A stretch of 64,000 bases of DNA from the NCBI GenBank assembly GCA_964106915.2, contig OZ066915.1; one strand, given 5' to 3'. Source of the DNA: Podarcis gaigeae (lineage: Eukaryota). Below the pieces are notes generated by a model that saw only the letters and a list, made by a program, of their open reading frames with translations, did no database searches and had not been told where the DNA came from. Numbering within the stretch: position 1 is the first letter of the stretch; each line of letters starts with the position of its first letter. A program made the translations under genes and the position numbers. This document shows positions 40,084-53,333 of this stretch, one piece after another.

Positions 40084-40540
40084 TGTCATCCTGCCACGCA
40101 ATTGTGACCAGGACACTGAGTCAGAAACTACAGTGTCATCAGCTGGCTCTGAGCCAAATTCTGGTGATCAGGGGACCACTGAACCTGAGGCTGGCAGGCA
40201 GGAGTCTGCAGAACCAATGCAACAGCATCAGGGCACATAAAAACGAAGTCAGGGCCTTCACAGCCACCTTCCCCTGGGCCTGAGGAATCAAGTGTTTCAC
40301 AAATGCCTCCAACACTAGCACAGTGTTTCAGATGGAAGGCCAACACAGTGCCAGAGGGTTGTCTCTTGTTCTCCAAACTAGGGCAGAGTCTAAGAGTGCT
40401 GGAGGCAGAGCCTCAGAAGGCCTCAGTCTAGTCTCAGCCCTTGTTGGAGACTAAGAGCTCTCCATGGTGCTGTGACAACCAACCTGCTTTGTCCTGTAGG
40501 CTCAGGAAAGTAGCCTTGCTGCCCAGGACTGGAGATTACA
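40084..40540 (+). mobile_element. Possible degenerate solo LTR
   Basis: TGTCA...TTACA termini, GC-richer than the flanks, and a Ser/Glu-rich coding-like stretch. No TSD recognised. Confidence 0.45.
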
Positions 40541-41889
40541 CTCTTATTCATGAACTGAATTAGGGGATAAATCAGACACAGTGGTAAAAAAGGCAAGGAA
40601 AATTCAACCTAGAAATCAGCATTTGAACCAATCTCAGATGGCCAAATGGGCTATAAAGAAAATGTGGCAGAAACTTCTTCTATTAGAGCACTGCTCATGA
40701 GGACCAAAACAATTGAACAGTTGATCTAGCCATCTTGTTTCCATTGTACAAGACTGCAATGCAATCCATTCCTGTATTTCTTGCTCAGGGCAATAAGCAT
40801 GCTTTATGCAGTGCTCAGCACACCATTGGTGCTAAACATATAAATAAAAACAGATTCATAATGACAGCTGATAAAGATCCATCCCCTAGAGCACTTGTAC
40901 ACATGGACATGTTTGCTTTTTTGCATCAATGACTTAGTAAATCATTTCAATACTTTGAAGGTTCAGTGGAAACAGCCTGTTACTGTGCTGTTGATAAACT
41001 AGGATACACAACAGACCAGTGCCAAGGAAGCTACTTTCGTGTTTCATACATATATGCAGAGGAACTTTATTTGTTATTGTCACCTCACATGGTCTTTATA
41101 GCTCAAATGAACATATACTACCATTTTATTCCCACATCTGCACCTGATACTTGGCAGAACAGTAGAGAGAATGGACACAAATGACCAAACTACCCTGGGA
41201 AATACTCTCTAAGTGGCAATGTGTGGTAAAATGATTGCCTCTATCTAACCAGACAACTGGCTCATCAAGGACCGGAAAGAAAGCTGTGGAGAGCAAGGAT
41301 AACAACACACATGCCCTGATTGCAGAAAATTGGGGAAAGGGGTAGACATCTCATTCCTATCACAAGGATAGAACTAGAGTTCCATTTCATCATGTTTTAC
41401 TTTTATTGCAATGACTGGGCCTCTGTTTAATATACTATAGCTATCTTTCAATTCTTCTAAGAGGCATGAGTGAAATATAAGACCAACTGATTAGGTCCTT
41501 CCTCTCCTTGATTTTCTTCTTCTCAATTATTGTGTACATGACTGCATTTCCTTTTTTTAACAAAATACAGAGTGAATAGACACAGAAAACAGTGTCCTTT
41601 GGATGAGGTTTGGTGGACTTTGTCAGATCTGAGTGTCTCTTCTGAAGTCTCTACATGTCCTCTGCTAGGCCTGCTACAAAATTATAAGGACTTTCAAGTC
41701 ATCCCACTCAGCCAAGGCTCTGATTGAGCTTCATTATCCATCTCATATGTTCACACTAGTCTTGTAGAAGTGACAGCTGGTAGATGGCATGGGGCAGATT
41801 TCTCAAAAACATTTCAAGAAATGGAGCTATAAAGTATTTTGAAAATGGAAACAATTAATAGACAGGAAGTGATCTAGATGGATCTAGAA

Positions 41890-42043
41890 CAGTGGTTCCC
41901 AACTGGTGGCCCATGGACCCCAGGGGGTCCACATCACCATTCATGAAACAAAAACTACAATAGAGATATAGACATTTTTAAAAGTAGGGGTTCATGGCTT
42001 GGCTTTTGAAAAACAGGGGGGGCACTGTACCTAGCTAACTGGG
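41890..42043. mobile_element. hAT-Charlie-type MITE, right TIR disrupted by RTE
   Basis: Left TIR cagtggttcccaa. Target atctagaa (41882-41889) recurs as gtctagaa (42816-42823) beyond the RTE. Confidence 0.7.
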
Positions 42044-42814
42044 TCCACCATAACCAGCAATCTCTCCATCAATGCTGCGCTGGCAAGGCAGCTACAGCAA
42101 TGGCTTGCCTCTCCAAAAGGGTATAGGAGAATGTGATGCTAACATCCAATACCAAAACAAAGGTCTACCAGGCTTGAGTGTTGAGCATGCAGCTTTATGG
42201 AAGTGAGTTGTGGGCAACTTACAACTGTCAGGAGTAACGCCTCAATGCCTTCCACATGCACTGTGTCAGGAAGATTTTGGATATTACATGGCAGGACAGA
42301 ATTTCAAACAAAGATGTGCTCCCCCAAGCCCATATTCTCTGGATGTTCACACTCCTGTCTCAGCAACGTCTATACTGGTTTGGTCATGTCCACAGAATGG
42401 AAGATGGCAGGATCCTCAAGGACATGCTCTACAAGGAACTGGCTTCAGACATCAGGCCTGATGGCAGACCAACTCTGCATTACAAAGATGTCTGCAAATG
42501 GGACATGAAGGCTGACAACATCAACCCTGTCATGTAGGAATCCCTTGCAGACAACAGCAGTGCCTGGAGACAGGCAGTCAAGTCCTGCATCCATAGCAGT
42601 GACCAGAGGAAAAATGACCACTGGGAGGAGTGCAGAGAGAAGAAACATAATGGTGAATCTGCAACAGCACAACTGGACACCTTCATCTGCCCCAGCTGCA
42701 ACAAAACACATCTCTCCCACATCAGTCCTTACAGGCACTGCAACCTTCCAACAGCTTCATCTCACCCCAAAGGTGCACTCCTCCATTGTCTCCCATGACA
42801 GAAAGGTGCCAATA
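42039..42814 (+). mobile_element. RTE-clade LINE 3' fragment (inactive)
   Basis: Translates with stops and frameshifts to LGSTITSNLS...KVYQA..LYGSELW...RLNAFHMHCVRKILDITWQDRISNKDVL...WFGHVHRMEDGRILKDMLYKEL...GRPTLHYKDVCK. RTE-type 3' end ccattgtctcccatgacag. Confidence 0.92.
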
Positions 42815-45800
42815 GGTCTAGAACACTTCCAAGCAACTTCAAAAACTGAAAATTATTTTTTCTTTAAATAAGACATCCATGGACAATTTTGGCTTTGAAG
42901 TCTATATGGAAAATTATTATTCTGCTTAATATTAGAGAAACCCTTCTGAGTTTTCTCAAATGTTTGAATCAGCCCAATTTATTTTGGTAGCATGAGGTGG
43001 AGGTGAGGTGTATTCCTAACCAAATTTCCTATTGTCTATTTCCACCATAAGGAAGCATGGTTTGTGTCCGGTGGTGGCAACAGGCAAGTGGAAGCACTTC
43101 AGCTCACAAAAGGCACAGCACCCCATTTTCACTGATTCCCCCCAACCCACTGCAGCCCTTGCTCCACGTCCTATGTGGCATGCCACAAACTCAGAAGCAG
43201 CTGTTCAAGGTGACTGTGTGAGTTGTAGCAGATAGGGAGAATTAGTGAAAATCAAGTGTCCAGCCTTGAATGAGCAGAAGTGGCTAATCCAACCACTGGA
43301 TACAACCCCAAATTAGGAGTCCCTCATTTAAAGTTTCCCCGTTGACTTCCCCCACCCTCCTATAACTGTAAAATCTAGAGCCTTTGTCCTTTATAAAAGC
43401 CCATAAAAGTCTTCAATGTCACATACTTCCATGACTCCAGGAGTGGTCTTTACGAAAAGAGTCAAACAAAATCAGAAATCGTATGCTAAAATCATAACCT
43501 GGCAATATGCAACACTTTTGACACAAACCATTCATGCTCTTCAGTATTAGCCATAGCCTTCTAAAATGAATAAAATGCAAAATGCCTTTATGTACCCCAA
43601 CACTGCTTGGCACCATCTGAAGGCCAGGAAGCAAACAGATTTAACTTTGTTCTCCAGGGGAAGAACCTGATGTTTAAATTTGCATTGTGAAAGGTTAGTG
43701 CATAGAAGAGGTTAGGGCAGGCTCCAATGCTATGGTCATGCAGCAAGATAGAGGGAGAGATAGAAACCATTCCACAAAACACATACACAGCTAAGCCAAT
43801 GTTCAAGAGAATTTTTAAGCATCTCCTGTTTAATCACTCTTTCCTGCTGCCAATTGACATTCCAACGAACTACTTATAAATATTTAATTTTTTTTTAGAA
43901 AAAAACCTGCCTTTTTGTGGCAAAGTTTTTAAAAGACCATTAAAATTAACCAAATTATATACACTGGTCTAAACAAAGGCAGCCCAGAGATGCCAAATTT
44001 AAAATTATATCAAATGCTTTTTAATGTGACCCAGATAAATACTTTACAATTACAAGATGGAACACTGCTGCCCTGGGGGAAATGGAGAACAATATATTTC
44101 AGAGGCCAGATACCCAGGGGATTAAGGATTTACACTCCACTAATCTTACACTAATCCACATACAGCAAGCATGGAATGAAGAACACCGCAAAGTCAAATT
44201 ACATCCTAAACAACTACTCTGAGCCATGCAGATGGGATGTCCCTCGGGAGATTGAACTGGGTGGCTAAAGATGTTCAGATAAAAGGATGCAGAAGGAATA
44301 ACAAGGGCATGAGGCTTGGGGGTGGGCCATTCTTTAATAATAAGACTGCCCTGGTCCCCTCAAAGCATACATACACAAATGCTGAAACTCGCCATTTCTC
44401 TTTGCATAATAACATGGATGAGAATTCTTAACAGCTGAGTTGATTTCCACTCCTGGCCACAATTTTTAATCAAAATCTCTTTAAAGGTACAAGCACTGTT
44501 TGTCCTGTACCTCTGAATGGCAGCTAGAGGAATTAAAGACTGGTGGCAATGGTGCACTTACTCAGTTGCATACATGGGAGTTAATGGTCATATGTGAGTG
44601 GAGGCGCATTAGATAGTAATGTGCATAGTTTCACCTGATGCTTTGGGGGGGGGGGGCTCCTGCTCATTCTGCTTACTGAGCCCCAGGGCTTCCATACCCA
44701 AGTTCTGTAATGAGTCGACACTAACTGCGAAGCGCATTATTTTCCCCACCCCAATTTCTCTATTGTTCACTATAGGAAAGGCAGGTATTTGCAACTGCCT
44801 GTGGTGGGATCAGTTCCTGGGATGTGAAGGCCTTGGGGTGATCCCTATAGTCTCCTCACCCTTAGTTGAACCTGCCAGAGGCAGGAGCAGTCATATACAG
44901 GCTGATATCAGCATCAAATTTTGAGGGCATGTTCTGAGGTGATTATTTTTTTTTGGGGGGGGGGGAGACACCAATAGCAGTAAAGGAACACAGAGAGCTG
45001 CCTTATCCAGTGGTAGCTGGTAACATTTTGACTTGGGAGGGCTGCAATTTTTAACCTTGTGTTTTCATCACAATCTGACTTATTTAGGAAAGTGTACCAT
45101 TGTCTCCTCACTTATAGAAAAAAGATCCTCTACACATCAATGTACCAGGGAAGAGCTTCCATATAAGAGGGCCCAGGTATGATTTTCAGGCATAATTGGC
45201 TCAGTACCTCTTATTAGATATTAAGCCATATCACACGATGTACGTTTTTGAATTCCTGTATTGTTTACATCTACAGATGCATTAGATTCCCAACCCCCTG
45301 AAAGTGCTTATCAGTTCACCTTTTTCAAAAATTACATGGAAGAGCTGAATTCTTCCAAACAAGGATGGTTTGGAAAAAAAAATGCCTAGCTTGTGCTTCA
45401 CAAAGCTGCAGAATGATGGCTTTCCACAGCTGATGATGGAAGGCTGTCTGATAACCCACATTTTAACAGAATGGTGTCTTTTCAAAGATATGCTAAAGTA
45501 ATAGCTCTGTTACTTGAATAGGACCAGGTGCATTCTGTGGTTGAATCCATCTTGGCTGAAAGGATTTGCTCCTTTATTAAAAGGTAGCATCTCTTCAGTC
45601 AGGTCTTAACAATCTTTCTGGAAATAAGTGGAGGTGCTCAGGCTGCAACAAATTAGCTGTCCAGGTTTGGATCAAGGGGCACATGCTGTTGAATAACTGG
45701 CCCACAGAAGAGCCATGGCTTGCAGCCATTGCTACCATGGTTCAATCTTCTTGGCTCCTAAATGTATCCCTCAGGCAATTTTGAAAGAACCCAAAGAAAG

Positions 45801-45879
45801 GAGGACAAAGGATCACATTTATTTTAATATGTCATAGAGTCAATCAGGCTGTTCTTCAATGACAAACTTAGAAAACGGG

Positions 45880-46130
45880 GAATAATTTCTAATTTGCAGA
45901 AAGAAATTTTTGTGTTAGCCAGTAAGAGGTTTTTAAAAGGTAGATACCACTTATGGGGGGGGGGGGAGAGACAACTAACTCCCAAGAATTTGGCAACTCC
46001 CCTTCATTGTAAAAATTTAAAAATAGCCCAAAGCATCTGTCAGATGGTTTAGATATAATTCACTTTGCTTTCCCGAAGAGGCATAGATATGATGATCTCC
46101 CAGGGTCCCATCTGTAACTCCATAAAATGC
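45880..46130 (+). mobile_element. Ancient CR1 3' end
   Basis: aagaaatttt...aactcccaag...ccccttcattg...catctgtcagatggtttag...gatgatctcccagggtccc pattern. Confidence 0.45.
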
Positions 46131-47207
46131 TTCTAACACAAGATCTGTAGAAGCATTGCTAAGTATTATTACTGTTATCGTTAATATCAGAGCATGATAA
46201 GGAGAGAAATGTCAGTTACCTTAGAAACCCACAGAGGAGTAATTTTTCTGATTCATATCAGCTGCAGAAATGATGTTTTAAAATTGCACACAGACCTGCA
46301 GCTTCGGCTGCATAAGCAGAAGCAGATGTTAGAAACAAGAAGCCAGGGTGAAGCCTACCCCTGTGGGTACATACAGCTCCACATAAAAGAACAGCTAACT
46401 TAAGGGGAATATTTCATTGCTACCTAAACTACCATCCAAGCTCAGAATGTGTATGTTACTGCCACTGCTACATGCACCAGACTCTCATTAACTGCACAAA
46501 CAGCTGTGCTGCTTTCTCTTTCAAGCTGTCAAATCTGTTGCTTGATTTGCTTTCCAGACCATGTGCCTTTGCAAAAACAGCTTCCATGTATAGCCACTCT
46601 TCCCCCACCCACTCACCCCACAGCACACACCATGCCTTGACTTGTATTCACAGTGGCCTTTGGATTGGAGCAACACTTTCGCTCACAGTGGCATATGTCC
46701 TGTGAAACCACATTTGCCGTGAAATCAACGTTTTTGGCCTGCCATAAAACTGCACCCTTTGCTAGGCGGCAGAATCCTCTGTAATGCTCATCAATGGAGT
46801 TTACTCACAAGTAAGTATGCATAGATCTACAAAATTAGAAACCCTTCCTGCCAATTCCAGATGTGGTCATTGGGTATAGATGTTAACTGGGCAAGAGAGG
46901 CGTTGGAACACATGTTCCAAAGCTAAGTATTAGTATTTAAAATAGGTACTGGGATGAAATCTTGGCTGCTTCTGAGAACCTCAGCCATGCTGTCTTTATA
47001 AGTATAATCCTAGCACCTTGACCCCGGAAAATCCTATTGCTTGTAAGCAGGCTATCAAGCAGTGATTTCTGGTACCCAGGGAAAGAAGGCTGTAATTTGA
47101 AATTAATGACCTCAGTTTGGATTGATCAGTGAGGGATCCTCCCTTGAGAATATGCAAACACCTCTCTGTTCTGCATGACACCTAACCTAAGCCATCGCAG
47201 TGCATAT

Positions 47208-47237
47208 GCACACACACACACACACACACACACACAC
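47208..47237. repeat. (CA)n microsatellite
   Basis: Directly visible. Confidence 0.95.
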
Positions 47238-49087
47238 CATTTTCACCCACTTAAAACTCTGACTGAGAAACTGTATGCCTGAAACACTTCCACCACTGAT
47301 AGCTGCATAAGAAGTCATAAACATAACTTAAGGTTAGAACCCTCCAGCAGGAATCTGCACAAGGCAAGGTACTCTATTTTCACACTAAATACCTATAGGG
47401 GAAACCTGAAATCCAACTGTATGCACAGTTCAATCCTCTAGTGTCTTCTCCCCATTTGTTCTAGGTAAGCACCTCCCACAGGAGTCTGAACCTTTCCCTC
47501 CTCATTTTGACTGTTTTGCTTCTACCGCCTATTCCCCAGTGTCTTCTTCCTTTCCATTTTTGTTGTGTTGTACTCAGTTTAGTCAAAGATTCTAGGAAGC
47601 ATACAGCTTCATGATCCATTTCAGGAAGTCTCTACTTCAGGGGCCAGCAGGACTCAGCTAACCCTCAGCAGAAATTGTCTAAGCAGCTCTGTTGGCTTGG
47701 TGCCTAAGATGATCCACAAACATTCCAAGATGTCTCCCTCTCCGTCACCACCCCTTGGCTCTAGGAGAGATAGTATCTGCCCCCCCCCCCCCAGTTTCTA
47801 GATTTGTGCTTCTCCAGTTCTCAAGCAAGTTAGCCATGCTAGCTAATAGTTAGCAAGAGGGTTTTTTTTTTCAGCCTTTCCTCTCTAACCTAATTTTATT
47901 TCCACCATCTCTCTCTGACATCTACTCCTTTCCTTTCACCATATGTGGCATTAGGATTGTTATTCCTCTGCCACCTTTTAAGCTGAACTCCAGGGACTCA
48001 GCTAGACTGGCAAAGAAAAAGTGATTTGTATGTGTTGTATATGCGATATAACACTGTGCCACCAGATGGCCTGTTTTTCCCTACTGGTTTCTCTATTTAA
48101 ATTTACGTGTTTAACTGAAACACTTCTTTGATGTGTCTAGATCCAGCCCAGATTTACCCATCCAGTTTGAATGTTACATATATAGTCAATCTTTTATTTT
48201 TGTAACAATCTGTATGTGGGGTACCAGGAATTATCAAGGTTTTTTAAATAAATAAATAAATAAATAAATAAATGCTTAATTTGATTCTAAACTTTGGGTT
48301 GTTGATATAAGCGCAATATATGTGTTTGATATGCCTCAGTGGTAGTGTGACTCAAGATGCAAAAACAGATGCTTTGAATGGGCACATGAGTATCCATGTA
48401 CATACATGGAGAAGGATATGGGGTAGCAATTTCAGATTAAGTTTGAAATTAGGCCACAGAGATTCCAGATGGCATTTACCCTAGGCACCAAAACCATTTT
48501 TGTTCCTGGAGATGGAGATACAGTGCGAAGGAAACCTACACATGTTGCTACTCTGCCAAACAGCTTTTGAAAACACAAGAACCCCAGACTGTACTTCACA
48601 ACTGATTTTGATCAACAGAAACTGTTTCTACTTCAGCTTTGCCTGTTCTCATTATAATTGGCAGATAGGGACCCCTCTCGATCCAACTGTTATGTACTAT
48701 ATCTCAGGTGTCTTCATGATAGGGGCACATGAGACAACAGGCATGGTGTCATCATGCCATGCTGAGGCAGAGAGCCTATATCTTTTTGACCACGCCTTGC
48801 CCATGAAGCACTACAAAGAGTAAGAGTGAATGGCTCTGGAATAAAAGTGTTTCCCTCACTTCCTACCCAGACTGGTTACTGCTGGTGTGATGACATTGCC
48901 AACAGTCTGGCTACCATGAAAGGGGGAGCCTGATAATAAGGTGTTCTAAGGCACTGACCAGAAGGTGCTGGCAATTATCCTTCTCTATATATGGTGGGCA
49001 TAGCTGGATGAGATGAAGGCAAAATGTCAGTTACCTTGAGGCACAGATTGGTCAGACAGTAGAGGCTGTTGGTCTAGGTACCAGACA

Positions 49088-50312
49088 CAGGCCCAGATTA
49101 AAGCAACTGGAGGCCCTGGGCAGCCCAAACAATAGCATCTGATCATGTGAAAAACACATTGCTTTTTCATCTACTCAATGAAAATAGAACATTGCTGATA
49201 CTTTAGCAATGATAAAAATATTGTTTATAAATTTATAACCTTTAATAAGTTTACAAAAGTATGTAATTAATGAAGACATTCACACAAAGTCAGAACAATT
49301 TCTTTTGATCTCTTTTGGATGCAAACTTATCAATTATATCATTAAAATCAGTAAGTTGCAGTTTATTATTTTCTATGCAGATAACGATTAGATCAAACAA
49401 CTGATCTTGGGACATTGTTGACCATAGATCATTCTTTACCCTTTTTAGACTAGAAAATGATATTTCGCCAGTACAGTTTGTAACCATTAAACACAGGAAT
49501 AATCTGAAAATTGTTTCCACATTTGGAAAAGCTGTCCAAATTTTCCCCTGGAATATTATTTGATACATATCTTGGTGGCTGAATTTTTCTTTTTCAGGTT
49601 GAGCTTGTTTGATGTACAGGTTGAAGTACAAGAGTTCATCGACTAGACTAAGGTCAACATCCTTTGGATACTCTAGCATCAACATCTCAACACCAATGTG
49701 AATCTGTTCCTTGGTTGCTTGTAAGCTCACCAAAAATGAAAAATTGCTAGCTACACTCCTATACTCTGTTGCTCTTCTGTCTAGGTAGGCTTCAAGAGCA
49801 TCCATGACAGGAATAAATGAATTTACCCCCAAACTTGTCCCTTGGAGAAAGTTCATCTAAGGCGGAGAGCCAGTGTGATGTAGTTAAGAGCAGCAGCCTC
49901 GTAATCTGGGTAACCGGGTTCATGTCTCCGCTCCTCCACATGCAGCTGCTGGGTGACCTTGGGCCAGTCACACTTCTTTGAAGTCTCTCAGCCCCACTCA
50001 CCTCACAGAGTGTTTGTTGTGGGGGAGGAAGGGAAAGGAGAATGTTAGCCGCTTTGAGACTCCTTAAAGGGAGTGAAAGGTGGGATATCAAATCCAAACT
50101 CCTCCTCCTCCTCTTCTTCTTCTTCTTCTTGTTCAATTTCATCAAAATTAGCCCAAGTGTACTTTAATATAGTGAACCGTAAATATTTGCAGTATGTGCT
50201 CAATTAAACTTGAGCCTTGCTAACTTTATGAAATTAGCCTCACAAATGTGTCCAAAGGGGAAGCATGAAAATGAATTCAAATTCTTACATTTTCTGCAGA
50301 AGATTTTCAGCT
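49088..50312 (-). mobile_element. Fossil hAT transposon (ZMYM1/Tip100-like transposase, C-terminal half) interrupted by a SINE
   Basis: ORF 49290-49856 contains the hAT dimerisation domain (AFPNVETIFRLFLCLMVTNCTGEISFSSLKRVKNDLWSTMSQDQL...IIDKFA). Across the SINE, 50131-50312 continues as AENLLQKM*EFEFIFMLPLW..FHKVSKA..ANIYGSL..NFDEIE. A TIR-like caggcccagatta starts at 49088. Confidence 0.88.
49864..50130 (+). mobile_element. Full-length Squam3-like SINE nested in the hAT transposase
   Basis: Collinear with the 39784 copy, with a (CCT)n(CTT)n tail. Confidence 0.9.
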
Positions 50313-52416
50313 AGCACTCAACTGGTAATCCATCACTAGGTGAAACATCTAACAATGGCTGTAAGTTGATTACCATGGGAAACATTGGGAGTTGAATGGA
50401 CTCTAGTTCCCTCTGTCCATTACCATTGGCCATGCTGATTAAGGCCAATGGGAATTTGAGTCCAGCAATATTTGAAGGGCCAAAGGTTCCTGAGTGCTGA
50501 ATTAGGCAAATACGTAAACAAGACACAAAAGGTTCCTTACCTGCAGTTAACCTCACATTTAAATAAAAAATAATGTATGACACGGTTAGGCAGAATTCAC
50601 AAGAGAGTACCAGGATATAAATATACAATTTGCACTTTCTTCTGTTTGCTTCCATAATGTGCAACTCTGGAAGAAAATGGTGCTACTTAAGTTACTGTCC
50701 AGACTCAGAAAACCTAAGTTCAGAAATCCAGCAGGTGAAAATCACTTAGAATTAATGCTGCTTCAGTTTGCAACATGTGTTGTGAATGGACCATGTTCTC
50801 TTATTTCTCTATCATGTTGCTGAAATATTCAAGACAGGCAATGAAAAGAGGTGTGATCTCCCAGGAAGCGAAGGTTGCTCTGTTTGCAGACCTAGAACTT
50901 TCTGGTACATCAACCACCACCACTTCACTTCTGCTACCTATGCCTAGGTAGCTTCAGCTATTGTGGCCAGTTCTCCGCTCCTGCTCTTTTTAAACTCTCA
51001 TGCTTCAAGCTTGTCTTCATTTTTTCCCCTTGCTCTGTTTTCTAAACAAAGCTGTGGAGGGGCAAAGAAAAAGGCTGGTGCTTATTCAGTGGAAACTCCA
51101 TTGATTACTCTGTGTGGTACCTTTCTGACATCAAGGACACCTTTGGTACAGGGGAAAATCTGGGTTCTATCAGCTCTTATAAGCAAGTGTTTCGAAAGGT
51201 TTACAGAAAAGTAAAGTAAACAGAGCTCTGAGTAACAAAAGAGTCCCGTTTATGCATTCTTTGATTCACTGTAAAGGATGGTGTAAACTGACTTTTTAAC
51301 CAAGCATTAGGCAAGCATTTGGGCCCACGCCATTCCATAATAAACAGTGACATGGCTATATTAAAATATTTACTTAATGCACGGCCGTGACTTATAGTAT
51401 GAGTGGCTACTCAATAGAATGTCCTGAGTGCTAAGGCGTCAGGTGCCACTGCCTGTATAAATATTCTGTGTGCACTTGTTTATAGGAAAACCCCATCTGG
51501 ATTTGGCTAGAAACAGCAGACACCCTGGTGACCCCAGTTTTTGCTATTGGAAAATATAACACAAATGTTCGTTCATCCAGAGTAACGGCAACAGTTAAGT
51601 GCCATCTGACAGAATGAAGGGTATTGGCTTTTCTCAATAAGAAGCAAGACCTGAGACAGAAATGTTTTCACAATAACAACTCCTAGGGAATCGCATCCTT
51701 CCTTAGAACATACACAATGGACACCCTTGTATCTCACCAAGCCCCATTACTAGAATAGTATCTCTGGAGATGCTACAAGGAATGACCGAGAAGTATTGGA
51801 TGGGAAGACCATATTTTGAAGTATAATTAGTTCCACAGTATTTTAGTCTATTCTATTTGCCCACCTGCCCATGGCAAAAAGAAAATTGCATCTTAGTGTC
51901 TTCTCACCATGCAGGTAGTCTGATAGTTTGCAGCCTTCCTCAACCATTGTATACAACAGCAAGACAGGAAGCAAAATGCAAGAGAAAGAATGAGCCACAG
52001 ATAATGCTAATGGGTCACTCGTACAAAATATGTCACCATGAATGGGAAATGGTATGGACATAACATATACAAAAAGAGCTTTGAAGAGCGCACTTTGATC
52101 AATATACAACTGCCGTCTTTCAGATCCTCTGCTACCTCTAGGGAAACCTTAAATGAATTTTACATATTTAAAAGACAAAAAAGGTAATTCCAATTACGAA
52201 TTTTCTCTGCATTTCTTACTGTACATATGAAAACACAGAGGATATAAGCAGAAATACTTGAAATAGCTATATATTTTACATTTTAATCCCACTCTTCCTC
52301 AATTGTATCCTCACACCAACCCTAAGTGGTAGGTTATGCTGAGAAAAAGCAATTGGATCCAGGCCACTTGAGATCTCTCTGCTTCAAAGTTGAAAGATAA
52401 CTTAATGAACTACACC

Positions 52417-52600
52417 CGGGGTCAGCAGACTTTTTCAGCAGGGGGCCAGTCCACCATCCCTCAAACCATGTGGTGGGCCGCACTATATTTGAAGAAAAAA
52501 AAAATGAATGAATTCCTATGCCCCACAAATAACCCAGAGATACATTTTAAATAAAAGGACACATTCTACTCATGTAAAAACACGCTTATTCCCTGACCGG
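52417..52600 (-). mobile_element. hAT-Charlie MITE, partial (same family as 56048)
   Basis: Reverse complement of approximately 56115-56299. Confidence 0.85.
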
Positions 52601-53242
52601 CCTACAAACCCATAATTCTAGCCATGGCATTAGATTGTACGGTGCAAGACTGCAAAGCTATATACAATATGTATGTGACATGTTCCAGTTTGCAAATGAA
52701 ATTTTTCATTGGGTGAAGCTATCATATTACTGAATCAAACCCTATCACATCACAATTTAAGGCAAATGATTGTGACTTCACATATCAATATTTTTTTTAC
52801 CATTATCTAGTGATATGTGTAGAATTACCTTTGTGAAACTAGATGTCTGACATGCTGTGAATTTCAAAAACACTAAGTCTGGATCCCCATGGATCATTTT
52901 CCATAGTACTTGAGAAGGCCACAGTGAGATCACTGGGATGACAGCTCATCCTAAATGCAAAATTGATGGTTTGCTAAATATCAGGTGTAAACAAATGGGA
53001 AAACAATCCTCATTCTTAGTTATTCTGCTATTCCAGATCTTAGTACACACTTAGTTCACACTCAGTGTTAATGGAAAATAAAATAAAATGTAGGTTTATT
53101 TAGTGATCAGTGAACCACAGTTGTCAGGGATGGCTGATTTTCAAACCTAATCAATACACAGAGGGCAGTGAAAATAGCTGGTGGAAGATACAGTGGAAGC
53201 ATGGTCCTCCTTATTGACCAACGCTGCTTACAAGAAAGCTTT

Positions 53243-53333
53243 CTACTATTTGATAATTTCACGCACCACAAGAAAAAACTACTATTTGATAATTTCACTA
53301 CTATTTGATAATTTCACGCACCACAAGAAAAAA
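53243..53333. repeat. Tandem duplication 36-19-36 bp
   Basis: ctactatttgataatttcacgcaccacaagaaaaaa occurs twice, separated by its first 19 bp. Confidence 0.95.

Noticed and set aside
49290-49856. 188-aa ORF as a functional ZMYM1-like gene
   Set aside because: Its N-terminus is frameshifted relative to the transposase, the upstream part has stops and a SINE insertion, and a TIR-like end is retained.
53243-53333. CRISPR-like repeat array
   Set aside because: Eukaryotic context, identical 'spacers' and no cas genes. It is a simple tandem duplication.
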